A stretch of 64,000 nucleotides of DNA. Source: an uncultured Acidimicrobiia bacterium (GTDB lineage Bacteria; Acidobacteriota; Terriglobia; Versatilivoradales; Versatilivoraceae). Under the pieces are notes generated by a model. It was not told the origin of the DNA, did not search any database, and worked only from the letters and a program-made list of their open reading frames with translations. Positions 48,637-58,291 of the stretch are shown in pieces. The position numbers and the translations under genes were made by a program. Position 1 is the first letter of the stretch, and each line of letters opens with the position of its first letter. The DNA lies in NCBI GenBank assembly GCA_963791795.1, contig CAWBTP010000035.1, positions 35,578 through 99,577 of the forward strand. The letters run 5' to 3'.

Positions 48637-51264
48637 CTACGATTGACCTGTTGATCTGAGCTTCAACTTGAACGTCTTGATCTCGTATCCGCGGGCGTCA
48701 AACTGGAAGGTGTCTCCCCGGACAGGAACCGACTTCAAGTCATCTTCCATCAGATTCACTTCAGAGACGGACGTCAGTCCAGCCGATACCTTTACTCGAG
48801 CACCATTGGCTGCTGCCCCTGTAGCTTCATAGAGCCTGAGGACCAGACTTCCGCCGCGGCCCGGTTTCAACGCAGACACAACCAGGCTCGGATGCGATAC
48901 TTCCAGCAACCCCCACCGCTTTCCAAGAGCGCCCGGATGAGGCGCGGCTTTGCGGACCAAGAGAGGATGATTCAGCTCCATGCCGTCACGAAAGGTGCGC
49001 GCGTCCTGCCAGCTCCCGGAGTGGGGAACCAGAGCGTATTGAAACCGGAGCTGCTTGCCCAGCTCAAGACCCGAGTCTGACGAAATGGTTGGATCAAACC
49101 CACCCACAGTAGGATAGCGCAACAGCTTGGCGGAGCGCATGAGCGACAGCAGCAGGGTCCCATCGGCCACGTTGTTACCGGGCAAGCCGCGATTGAGCAA
49201 AGTCAGGCCACGCCGGCCGTCTCCGTAGTCAATCCAGTTTTGTGCGGGATATTCGATGCCAGCTTTGCGTTCGATGGCACCAAATGGGATCTCGTGAAAT
49301 GCTTTGCCATTCTGAATCGAGGTGGGAAACAACACCCGATAGCGCAGGAAACGATCGTTGTTCAGAATTTGCGTGTTAATGTCGATCCTGCGAAGTCCGG
49401 AATAAAGTCGTACCGTGGTCTCAAAGTTGTTGTTCCCCAACGGATGCGTCACCGTGTATTCCGAAAACACCGGGCCATTCCGAACTTGACCGTTGCCTCC
49501 CACCCATTGACTGCTCAGTTGTGCCTTGGTGGGGACACCGTGCTTGGCGCTCATTGCGAGGGCGCGGCCGCCGTTCAACAAGCCGTAGAGCTCCCAGAAA
49601 TCGCCGCCGTCATGCTCCGCTGCGACCACATTACCTGAACCGCTCAACACCTCCCAGCTTCCATCCTTCACAAGCAGGCTCTTCATTTCTCCGGTCCAAA
49701 GATTGAACGTGGCGCGGTAGAGCTCGTTCTCGATGGACTGAACGTCTTGATGCGAAGCGGAGTAGCGGGCCATGCTGCCCGTCGTTGGGGGAATCTGCCC
49801 AACAGATGGCTGCCCCCGCTTGAAGGTGAGGTGATGAACTGCGTATCCCAATGCAGGCACATCGCGAGCGATGAAAGCGATGCGGGCGGTCTTGAGGCTG
49901 CCATCGCCGTTGCGTTGTGCCTCCAGAACCTGAACGGGAACAGGTTTCCCACCCGCCTCGAAAAGGTTGAATTCAGTCACGCCACGTTCGGAAAATGAGA
50001 CGCTGGTTTCGACAACGTCAGACCGTGACCAGCCTAGTGAATTGAATACGACAATGGGTGTTCCGTCACCGCGTGTGTCAATCCTGGCGAGAAGCCTGTC
50101 GAACTGGTCATCGATGAGAGCATCGGCACGTTGCCTGGAGTAGTCGAATCCGCGGATCGAGTCCTCGAAAACCTTGTCAACCATCACTCCGGAAGCGAGG
50201 TCATGAGCCTGATTGAAGAGCACCGGCTCCCAGGCATCATCGAGATCGGGCGGGTTAGTGACGAGCCCCAGACCGGAGACCAACGAGGAGAGTTTTTCGG
50301 CAGCCGTGAGCAGAGTCTCCAACATCCGCGTGCGTTGCTTGACTTCAATCCTCGAACTATAGATCCCTTGAAAGACTGGATTCATCTCTCCAGTAACGAC
50401 AGGTCGATTCCCGCGCTGTTCTGCAACGGTTTCGAAGTCTGTGGGAACCGCGAAGCGGACTACAAATGGAGCATCCTTGGCGGCGTTGAATTCCTTCACT
50501 AGAACGGGTAGGTGCTCTTCCGGCTCTGACACGTCTGCTCCGGCCAGCCCCACTCGATTGGGACCTCGCGCATAACGCGTCAAGACGTCGAAGCGTTCGC
50601 GAAAGAATCCAGTGAACTCCAGCAGATTCGTGGGGGAACCCCAGAACATGCCGTAGCTGTGGGCCATCCAGAACGCTGGAATCTCCGTTCCATCGATGCC
50701 TTTCCACACAAATTCGGCCGGGAGGTCCATGCTCGGAACGCCGCGGCGAAACCAGTAGGACTGCAGCCCAGCCAGCTTCAGTATTTGCGGCATCTGTGCG
50801 TTGTGACCGAATGTGTCGAGCGCCCAACCCACTTTGACATCGACGCCGAGCTTCTTGCGGTAGTAACCCTTGCCGTAGAGCAGTTGATGCACGATGGATT
50901 CGGCACCGGGCATGTTGTTGTCATGCATGGTGTCGATACCGCCGACCAGCTGCAATCTTCCTTCGGAAACGAATTTGCGAAAGGCGGCTTCCTCTTCCGG
51001 GTATCTCTCGAGGAAGGGCTTCACATAGCAGACCTGATCGAGGACAAAGCGATATTCCGGATGTGCCTTCAACAGCGTCAAGGCCCGCACGATGTGAGGA
51101 AGACCAATCTCGAGATACTCTTCGCGGGTCTTAAAGACAGCGCCTTCCCAGTGAGTGTGCGGCACGAGCCACAACGTATTTTTGGATCCAGATCCGTTCT
51201 CCTGGGCATAGGAATTGAGGGAGAGGAGGGCAACAGCAATCCAAGGAAGCAGGCAAAATTGCAT
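48637..51264 (-). CDS. glycoside hydrolase family 38 (alpha-mannosidase-like), secreted
   Basis: WLVPHTHWEGAVF near the N-terminus and GWALDTFGHNAQMPQIL match GH38 catalytic-domain patterns. The signal peptide MQFCLLPWIAVALLSLNSYAQ starts at ATG 51264. Confidence 0.8.
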   Translation of the reverse strand: MQFCLLPWIAVALLSLNSYAQENGSGSKNTLWLVPHTHWEGAVFKTREEYLEIGLPHIVRALTLLKAHPEYRFVLDQVCYVKPFLERYPEEEAAFRKFVSEGRLQLVGGIDTMHDNNMPGAESIVHQLLYGKGYYRKKLGVDVKVGWALDTFGHNAQMPQILKLAGLQSYWFRRGVPSMDLPAEFVWKGIDGTEIPAFWMAHSYGMFWGSPTNLLEFTGFFRERFDVLTRYARGPNRVGLAGADVSEPEEHLPVLVKEFNAAKDAPFVVRFAVPTDFETVAEQRGNRPVVTGEMNPVFQGIYSSRIEVKQRTRMLETLLTAAEKLSSLVSGLGLVTNPPDLDDAWEPVLFNQAHDLASGVMVDKVFEDSIRGFDYSRQRADALIDDQFDRLLARIDTRGDGTPIVVFNSLGWSRSDVVETSVSFSERGVTEFNLFEAGGKPVPVQVLEAQRNGDGSLKTARIAFIARDVPALGYAVHHLTFKRGQPSVGQIPPTTGSMARYSASHQDVQSIENELYRATFNLWTGEMKSLLVKDGSWEVLSGSGNVVAAEHDGGDFWELYGLLNGGRALAMSAKHGVPTKAQLSSQWVGGNGQVRNGPVFSEYTVTHPLGNNNFETTVRLYSGLRRIDINTQILNNDRFLRYRVLFPTSIQNGKAFHEIPFGAIERKAGIEYPAQNWIDYGDGRRGLTLLNRGLPGNNVADGTLLLSLMRSAKLLRYPTVGGFDPTISSDSGLELGKQLRFQYALVPHSGSWQDARTFRDGMELNHPLLVRKAAPHPGALGKRWGLLEVSHPSLVVSALKPGRGGSLVLRLYEATGAAANGARVKVSAGLTSVSEVNLMEDDLKSVPVRGDTFQFDARGYEIKTFKLKLRSTGQS

Positions 51265-51425
51265 GAAGGCTCCTGTGAGGGAGTGAAATCGTCGGAACTG
51301 GTCAATGAAAGCTAGGAAGTGTTGGAAATGTTTCCGGGAGCTGACAAGCAGCCGCAGATCCGTTGTTCCGGACAAGCGAGTTGCGAACCGGACTTGAGGT
51401 TACAGCTGAGAATCTCCGCCGATTG

Positions 51426-51480
51426 CTGGATTCCGGCCCCGGCTTACTATCCGCCGGGGTGACGTTCTTCCGGAATGACG
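51426..51480. repeat. intergenic repeat family A, half-copy
   Basis: CTGGATTCCGGCCCCGGCTTACTATCCGCCGGGGTGACGTTCTTCCGGAATGACG is nearly identical to 56553-56611. Confidence 0.8.
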
Positions 51481-51506
51481 ATCAAGATTCGTTATGGCTA
51501 CTCACC

Positions 51507-52916
51507 TCACGCCAGTTGGGGAATCACCTCACCGGCGACATCTGTCAGCCGGTGCATGCGGCCGTTATGAAAATAGGTGAGCTGGGTATGATCCAACCCG
51601 AGCTTGTGAAGAACTGTCGCATGGAGGTCGTTGACGGAGTGAGGCTCCACAGCCGGACGGTAACCGAATTCATCAGTGGCGCCGATGACCTGACCGCCCT
51701 TGATGCCTCCGCCTGCTAGCCAAATTGAAAAGCCATAAGGACTGTGGTCGCGGCCAGAGACCGATTGCGAGATCGGCATTCTTCCGAACTCGGTGTGCCA
51801 AACCACGAGCGTTGAGTCCAATAGTCCACGGGCTTTCAAATCCTTCAGCAACCCCCGAATGGGCCTGTCTACCGCCGCGGCGCGTTTGCGATGGTTCTTC
51901 TCAAGTTCACCATGCGCATCCCACGATTCTGCAGCCATGCCACCGCCAAATAGCTGTACGAAGCGCACGCCTTTTTCCACAAGCCGCCTGGCCAGCAGGC
52001 AGTTGCGGCCGAAGTGCTCGCAGACCGGGTCGTCCATGCCGTACAGGTTGCGCGTGGTTTCGGTTTCTTTCGAGAGGTCGATGACTTCTGGGGCCTGGCT
52101 TTGCATCCGGAACGCCAGCTCGTACGAAGCGATCCGGGCAGCCAGTTCCGCTTCCGCCGGATTGCGCTCCGCGTGGTGTTCGTTGAGCAGTTTGATGAAA
52201 TCCAGCCGGCTGCGCTGCTGTTGGGCTTCGACAAACTTTGGCGATGCCAGATCGACGATCGGATCTCCCTGGTTGCGGAACGGAGTGCCCTGGTAAACAC
52301 CAGGCAGGAAGCCGGCGCTCCAGTTCTGTGCCCCGCCCAGCGGCGGGCCCACGCTGTCCATCAACACGACAAAAGCCGGCAGATTTTGGTTCTCGCTTCC
52401 CAATCCATAGGTCGTCCAGGAGCCCACGCTGGGTCGTCCCGGCTGAATGAACCCCGTCATCATCTGCAGGATGGCCGGAGTGTGATTGTTACTCAGCGCA
52501 TGCATGGATCGAACGACGGCGATGTCGTCGATGCACTCGGCCGTGTGCGAAAACAGCTCCGAGACTTCGATGCCCGACTGTCCATACTTCTTGAAGGAGA
52601 ACGGGCTTTTCAAGAACGTTCCGGGATTGGGGAAGAAGGGTGTGATGTTCATGCTGGCCGGCGGAGCTTCCAGATGGCGCCGGGCTAGTTCGGGCTTGGG
52701 ATCAAACGTGTCCATATGACTGGCGCCACCGTTCATGAACAGCGAGATGACCGCTTTGGCCTTGGGTGCAAAATGCGGTTTCTTGGGAACCAAAGGCGAA
52801 TCAGCCGGAACGCTCGAAGCCAGCAGTTGGTCCTGCTTCAGGAGGTCGCATAGGGCCAGGCTGGCAATGCCACCGCCCAACTCCCTCAGAAAGCGGCGTC
52901 TCGATTCGAAGGTCAT
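51507..52916 (-). CDS. DUF1501 domain protein (sulfatase/phosphatase-fold family), TAT signal
   Basis: MTFESRRRFLRELGGG comes from ATG 52916, with GGAGGAG upstream. Homology to 62346-63788 is clear along the whole length. Confidence 0.85.
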   Translation of the reverse strand: MTFESRRRFLRELGGGIASLALCDLLKQDQLLASSVPADSPLVPKKPHFAPKAKAVISLFMNGGASHMDTFDPKPELARRHLEAPPASMNITPFFPNPGTFLKSPFSFKKYGQSGIEVSELFSHTAECIDDIAVVRSMHALSNNHTPAILQMMTGFIQPGRPSVGSWTTYGLGSENQNLPAFVVLMDSVGPPLGGAQNWSAGFLPGVYQGTPFRNQGDPIVDLASPKFVEAQQQRSRLDFIKLLNEHHAERNPAEAELAARIASYELAFRMQSQAPEVIDLSKETETTRNLYGMDDPVCEHFGRNCLLARRLVEKGVRFVQLFGGGMAAESWDAHGELEKNHRKRAAAVDRPIRGLLKDLKARGLLDSTLVVWHTEFGRMPISQSVSGRDHSPYGFSIWLAGGGIKGGQVIGATDEFGYRPAVEPHSVNDLHATVLHKLGLDHTQLTYFHNGRMHRLTDVAGEVIPQLA

Positions 52917-52977
52917 ACGGTTCTCCTCCAATGGCGACCGGGCAAAGGCGACAGGGAACTCCCGACTGCTACCACTT

Positions 52978-53039
52978 CGTCATTCCGGCGAAAGACCCAA
53001 ACTGGATTCCGGCTCGCGCTGCGCTTGGCCGGAATGACG
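52978..53039. repeat. intergenic repeat family A, short copy with perfect 12-bp terminal inverted repeats
   Basis: CGTCATTCCGGC ... GCCGGAATGACG. Confidence 0.8.
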
Positions 53040-53119
53040 CAACGTTCTTCGGCTTTGGGGGGAGAGGAACCAAAATCGTTTTGGGCGATTTTCCCTTTCG
53101 CCCTTTCGCCTCTCAATCT

Positions 53120-56100
53120 TCAGTTCACATAGACAAACTCATTCGAATTCATCAGCGAGTGACACAAATCGGTGAGCGCAGCCTTGTCTGGATCGGGAAT
53201 CTCGGCCGGATCGATTCCTTGATCTTGAAGCTTCTTGATTAAGCCATGATGGTAAGCGAGCTGCTTTTTTAGAAAATTCTGGGAAGCTTCCAATTCAATG
53301 GCATCTGGAAGACGCCCATAAGATAAGCGGAACGCCCGCCGGATCTGCCCGACGGGGTCTTTGCCAACTTCGTTGCGAAGCCGTTCGGCAAGCAGCGTGG
53401 ACTGTCCGATCACAAACTTGTTGTTGAGTAACTGCAACGCCTGCGTTGCCACAGTCGTCGTGCTTCGCTTCGGACAGGATGAAACGAGATCAGGCGGATC
53501 GAACAAATCCATGATGGGCGCCGTCACGGTTCGCTTCTGCGCGACATAGATGCTACGCCGCCAGACCTCGGGTCCATCCTTGGCTCACTGGCCAGCCCGA
53601 CTTCGAGATGGCTTCAATCAATCCAATCAATCCTGGATCGACTTCAGGGAAAACGCTTGGGCCGCCAGATTTGAGATTCAGCCCGCCGCTCACGGCGAGC
53701 ATGGAGTCGCGAATGATTTCCCCTTCCACCCGCTGCATCGGCATTTTCCACAGGAGCTGATTCTGTGGATCCTTCTTCTGATTCACTGCGCTCGTGAAAT
53801 TCGAAGCCTGCTGATAGGTGCTGGAGGTCAGCATCAGCCGGTGCATTGCTTTCATGCTCCAACCTTGCCGAACGAATTCGGTGGCCAGCCACTCGAGCAG
53901 TTCCGGATGTGTTGGCGCCGCGCCCATCCGTCCAAAGTCATTGGGTGTTTCCACGATCCCTTTTCCAAAATGATGCTGCCAGATGCGGTTCACCATCACC
54001 CGCGCAGTCAAAGGGTTTTCTTCGCTCGCCAGCCACTGGGCCAAGGAAAGCCTTCGACCGGTGGTCTTGGCTTGTGGTGCTGGTTTAGGGAAGACGATCT
54101 CACGGCCCGAAGCGCTCAGTACTAATGGTGGACCAGCCTCCATGGGCGATCCCTTGCTTATGGTACTACCCCGATGCAGGAAATAACTGTTGGCTGGTGT
54201 GGACGTGGGATCGGTAATTGCCATCGCCGAAGGCAGCGCGGGCGGCTTGGATTTTTCCAGATCGGCGATCTGCTTTTTGAGCTCCTCGGTTTTCTTCCGA
54301 TCCTCGGGGCTCAAGGCCGCCATAAGGTCGGTTTCGGTTACCCCAACCGTGGCAATCACCTGTGAAGCCTGGCGCCTTTGGGCTTCGGTCCGCTTGGCGG
54401 GTTCGGTCTTGATGGCCACCTGCAGAGGCTCAGGCAGTTCCTTGTACTTTGCTTCAACCAGACGGTCTCGCGTGGGCTTTTGAAGCAAACGGATCTGCTG
54501 CGTGAGCTTGTCGATCTTGACGTCGATCTCAAGCACCTGCTTGTCGTATTGCTCCACGAGGTGAGCCGGCACCAGCGGAATGTCGGTCCGTACGCTGGGC
54601 GCAAATACGGATACCATCCGGTAGTAGTCTTTCTGAGCCAGGGGGTCGTACTTGTGATTGTGGCAGCGGGCGCAACCTATCGTTACGCCAAGGAACGCTG
54701 CGCTGGTTGTCGAAACGATGTCGTCCAGTTCGTCCTGCCGGGTCATTTCGTTTTGCATCAGCACCATGTCGCCGATGAATGGCCCGTTGCGGCAAAAGCC
54801 CAACGCCACTAGCGAATCGTAATCGCGGTCGGGGAGCTCGTCTCCCGCCAGTTGTTCCAGAATGAACCGGTTGTAAGGTTTGTCTTGATTGAGAGCGCGA
54901 ATCACGTAGTCGCGGTAGCGCCAGGCGTTGGGACGGAGGAGATCGTACTCATAGCCATCGCTGTCTGCATATCGCGCCACGTCCAGCCAATGCCTTGCCC
55001 AGCGCTCACCGTAGCGCTCGGAGTCGAGCAATCGGTTAATCAACTTTTCGTAAGCGTCCGGCGCCGGGTCGTTTTCAAAAGCCTGAACCTCTTCCGGGCG
55101 CGGTGGCAGCCCAATCAAGTCAAAATAGACTCGACGGATGAGAGTACGGCGCGAAGCTCGCGGTGCGGGTTGCAGCCCTTTCGATTCAAGGCCTGCCAGC
55201 ACGAAAGCATCGATCGGATTCTTGATCCGGGTGGCGTTCTTCACCGTCGGCACCGGCGGTCTGACCGGCTTGATAAAGGACCACCAGCGGCGCTCTTCTT
55301 CGGTTACTGGTCGATTCTCGAGTTTCAGCAAATCCTTTAGTCTGGCCTGGCGTGCTTTTTCCGCATCCTCGGTCTCCCGGTCCAGCGGCCACTCGGCACC
55401 ACCCTCGATCCATTCTTTGATCAAAGCCAATTCAGGGGCCGGGAGGGGCTCACCCGGACCGCCAGAAATGCCCATGGGCATGTAACCCTTTTCCAGCCGA
55501 GCCACTCGCCGATATAGGCGGCTCTCTTCTGCTTTTCCCGCCACGACTACTGGGCCGTGCCAGCCACCACTGAGAAATCCGGAGCGCGTCTCCATCGAAA
55601 ATCCCGCGTATTTCCGTTCATCGTTGTGGCAACTGCCGCAGCGTGTTGACAGGAGAGGATGTACTTTCTCTTTGAAGAGCTTTGCGTTCGCAGACAGCAG
55701 TTTTGGCTCGTTCGCCCGACCAGAAGTCCCCACAGAAGGTTCCGCTTCCTTCGGCCAGATGGCACCTTGCTCAATCCACGTTTTGATTGACGTCACCTCA
55801 GCTTCGGGCAACGCCTCTCCCTCCATCGGCATGAACGGTTTCTCCATTCGTGCCACTCGGCGGTACAAACGGCTTTGCTCTGGGTTGCCTGGGACAATCA
55901 CGGGCCCGTGTGTCCCCCCTTGCGCCATCGATGCTGCAGACTCCAGGCTCAAGCCGGAAAGTTTCAGTGTGTGGTTATGGCAAGACTGACAGCGAGCGGT
56001 AAAGATCGGAAGTACCTTGCTCTTGAAGAACGCTTCCTGAGCCCCCGCTTGCGATGCCTGAACTGCCGCTGCTGCAGATCCCAGTCCGCTGCATAGGCTG

Positions 56101-56156
56101 ATGCAGCAAAGTGAAGCAAAGGCGAGCAGCGTCGGTCCGGTCGAAGACCTCTTCAT
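53120..56156 (-). CDS. PSCyt (planctomycete-type cytochrome c) + DUF1549 + DUF1553 protein, with one +1 frame break near 53576
   Basis: It has two N-terminal CxxCH motifs (CQSCH, CGSCH), a DUF1549-type GCARCHNHKYDP and a DUF1553 tail. The C-terminal 135 aa (RSIYV..DLFDPPD..TTVATQALQLLNN) lie in track ORF 53120-53527 and join after removing one base. ATG 56156 has AGGAG 8 nt upstream. Confidence 0.85.
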
Positions 56157-56552
56157 ACCCACATCTCCTGATCGAGAGATTGGAAAGCCGAGACGACCAA
56201 CAACATGGTGGTTGGTGAAGTACATTCAGTCTCTAAATCTTCACTTGAATATTAGTCAATAAGGCTTTTGAGTCAAGCGCAAAAACCGCGTGAACACTCT
56301 TGGGTTGCACTCGACGAGCTCAGCTTACGAAAGCTCTGTGCACGAAAGGAACACCGCTTCGGACGCATTCATAATTTGCTTACACCCAACCTTCCGTTCT
56401 GAGACACACTGCTCGGCGATAACCTAGCACCGGAATTCGTAGTCACGGTAACGCATTTTCGATAGTCATCCACGAGTCGGTTCTCATTCGTCATGGCCGC
56501 GCAAGCGGGCATCCAGCCTTAGGCATTAGCGTGGTGTGAACGTTCACAGATT

Positions 56553-56611
56553 CTGGATTCCCGCCCCGGCTTACTATCCGCCGGGGTGACGTTCTTTCGC
56601 GGGACTGACGG
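56553..56611. repeat. intergenic repeat family A, half-copy
   Basis: See 51426-51480. Confidence 0.8.
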
Positions 56612-56620
56612 GATTCCAGT

Positions 56621-56731
56621 TATACACAGCGTCGTTAGTTCCATCGCACCCTCACCCGGCCTTCGGCCACCCTCTCCCAGGGGGAGAGGGGCTGGGGGTG
56701 AGGGGGTAGCTACAACGGAGCGACGATCATG
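56621..56731. repeat. intergenic repeat family C, copy 2 (inverted relative to 5849-5959)
   Basis: About 95% identity to the reverse complement of copy 1. Confidence 0.85.
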
Positions 56732-57181
56732 AGAACTCACTTGTGTCGCCCTGCTCAGTTCGCTGAGAAATACATCACCGCAATTACGAAAGGCACTAGC
56801 TCGAAACCGGAAATTCTTCGAACCAAAACGCCGGGCAAAGGGGTTAAAAAAAACTAAGGCTTCCGCAGGCAATGTTCCAACAACTTCTCACAGGCTCGGT
56901 GCAGTGCGTAGTGGTCTTGTTCTTCCGCCGCGGGATCATTCGAGACGAACAAACCATCGGCCAATCTGCCAATGAGTCTGGAATTGGGTGATCGGAAGCC
57001 AGGTGAGCATAACAAAAGAGGGTCCCTCTCCCCAAGGGAGTCTACATCGCATGATCGGAGAATACTGGTTTGTGCTTCGTCTGAGCGCCGACAACTCTCA
57101 AAGTGTTTTTGCCGCTTGACTGTCCGTCACTGGTTAACGTTTCTGCTGCAAAGGCACATCAAGGCTAAACTTAAATACTGC

Positions 57182-57209
57182 TTGACAGTAATCACAAAGT
57201 GACTATTGT
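57182..57209 (+). promoter_or_regulatory. sigma-70-like promoter candidate for the DUF1080 operon
   Basis: TTGACA (57182-57187), a 16-nt spacer, then TATTGT (57204-57209), in an AT-rich stretch. Confidence 0.3.
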
Positions 57210-57360
57210 TCAATAATTCATGTTATACAAGAACTTAGTTCATCTCAAGCGGATGCTCATAGCTGTAACTATTGCTATGAGTTGGGAGAGACTCTTTCCT
57301 GAGCTCTGACCTCAAATGAGAACGCCATTGGCTTCAATACTATTTTCCAGGAGGCACAGG

Positions 57361-58191
57361 ATGAGAAGAGTCTCTATCGTTCTGGGTTTTTGTGGCACCG
57401 TCGTAGTCGTTGCTGCGCTGCATGCAGCGCAGGGTTCTTCACAGAAAACGATTGTTCCTGAAGTACCGGCTGACAAAGACGCGGGCTTCACATCGATATT
57501 CGATGGTAAGACATTGAAGGATTGGGATGGTAATCCTAACACTTGGCGCGTGGAGAAGGGCAGCCTGATCGGCGAGCTCACGCCCAACAATCAGGGACCT
57601 GGTAGTTTCATCACTTGGAGCGGCGGCAGGCTCAAGAATTTTGAGCTGAAAATCGAACATCGCATCACCGACGCCGGAGACAGTGGCATCTACTATCGTG
57701 CCGACAAGCACCCGACCATCAAATGGGCTATCAGCGGTGGATACCAGGACCCGATCGAAGGGCCCAACTGGAGAGTTGAGGCCGCGAAACGCCCTGGGGC
57801 AGCCGAATTCGATGCCGCCATGGAGCGCAGCTCGCCAGGATGGACGAAAACTCAGCGTTTTACCGGAGGCAATCACGGAGGCAAGCGGCAATTCATCGGA
57901 TTGCCGGGCCAGCTCACCCAGCTTGTCGATGGTGAAGTTCCGCGCCTCATCGGGACCCTCGACAATAGTACAAAGATCGACGCAATTCTCGGCAATGGCT
58001 GGGTTGAAACACATATCATTGCAAAGAACAATGTCCTGATCCACATCACGAACGGCCATGTCACTTCGGTGGTCCTTGACGACGACGACAAGAACCGGCC
58101 GACGGAAGGGATACTCGCGCTGCATGCGCATCCCGGACCACCGATGAAGGTGGAATTCCGCAACATCCGGTTGAAGACGATCACCCCATAA
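57361..58191 (+). CDS. DUF1080 (3-keto-disaccharide hydrolase-like, concanavalin/LamG fold) secreted protein
   Basis: AGGAGG lies 6 nt before ATG 57361. It carries FTSIFDGKTLKDWDG..TWRVEKGSLIGE, ..NFELKIEHR..SGIYYR and a C-terminal VEFRNIRLK, as in this family. Confidence 0.8.
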   Translation: MRRVSIVLGFCGTVVVVAALHAAQGSSQKTIVPEVPADKDAGFTSIFDGKTLKDWDGNPNTWRVEKGSLIGELTPNNQGPGSFITWSGGRLKNFELKIEHRITDAGDSGIYYRADKHPTIKWAISGGYQDPIEGPNWRVEAAKRPGAAEFDAAMERSSPGWTKTQRFTGGNHGGKRQFIGLPGQLTQLVDGEVPRLIGTLDNSTKIDAILGNGWVETHIIAKNNVLIHITNGHVTSVVLDDDDKNRPTEGILALHAHPGPPMKVEFRNIRLKTITP

Positions 58192-58291
58192 GGTTTCACG
58201 GCCGTCAAGAGGGGCCGAGGCCAAACAGCAGTCCGCTAGACCATCAAGGAGACACGCTCAACTACTGGAAGTCATTCCGGAGGAAGGTCCT

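Noticed and set aside
5849-56731. Possibility that the short repeats form a CRISPR array.
   Set aside because: Copies are kilobases apart, in mixed orientation and of different families. There is no regular repeat-spacer periodicity and no cas genes.
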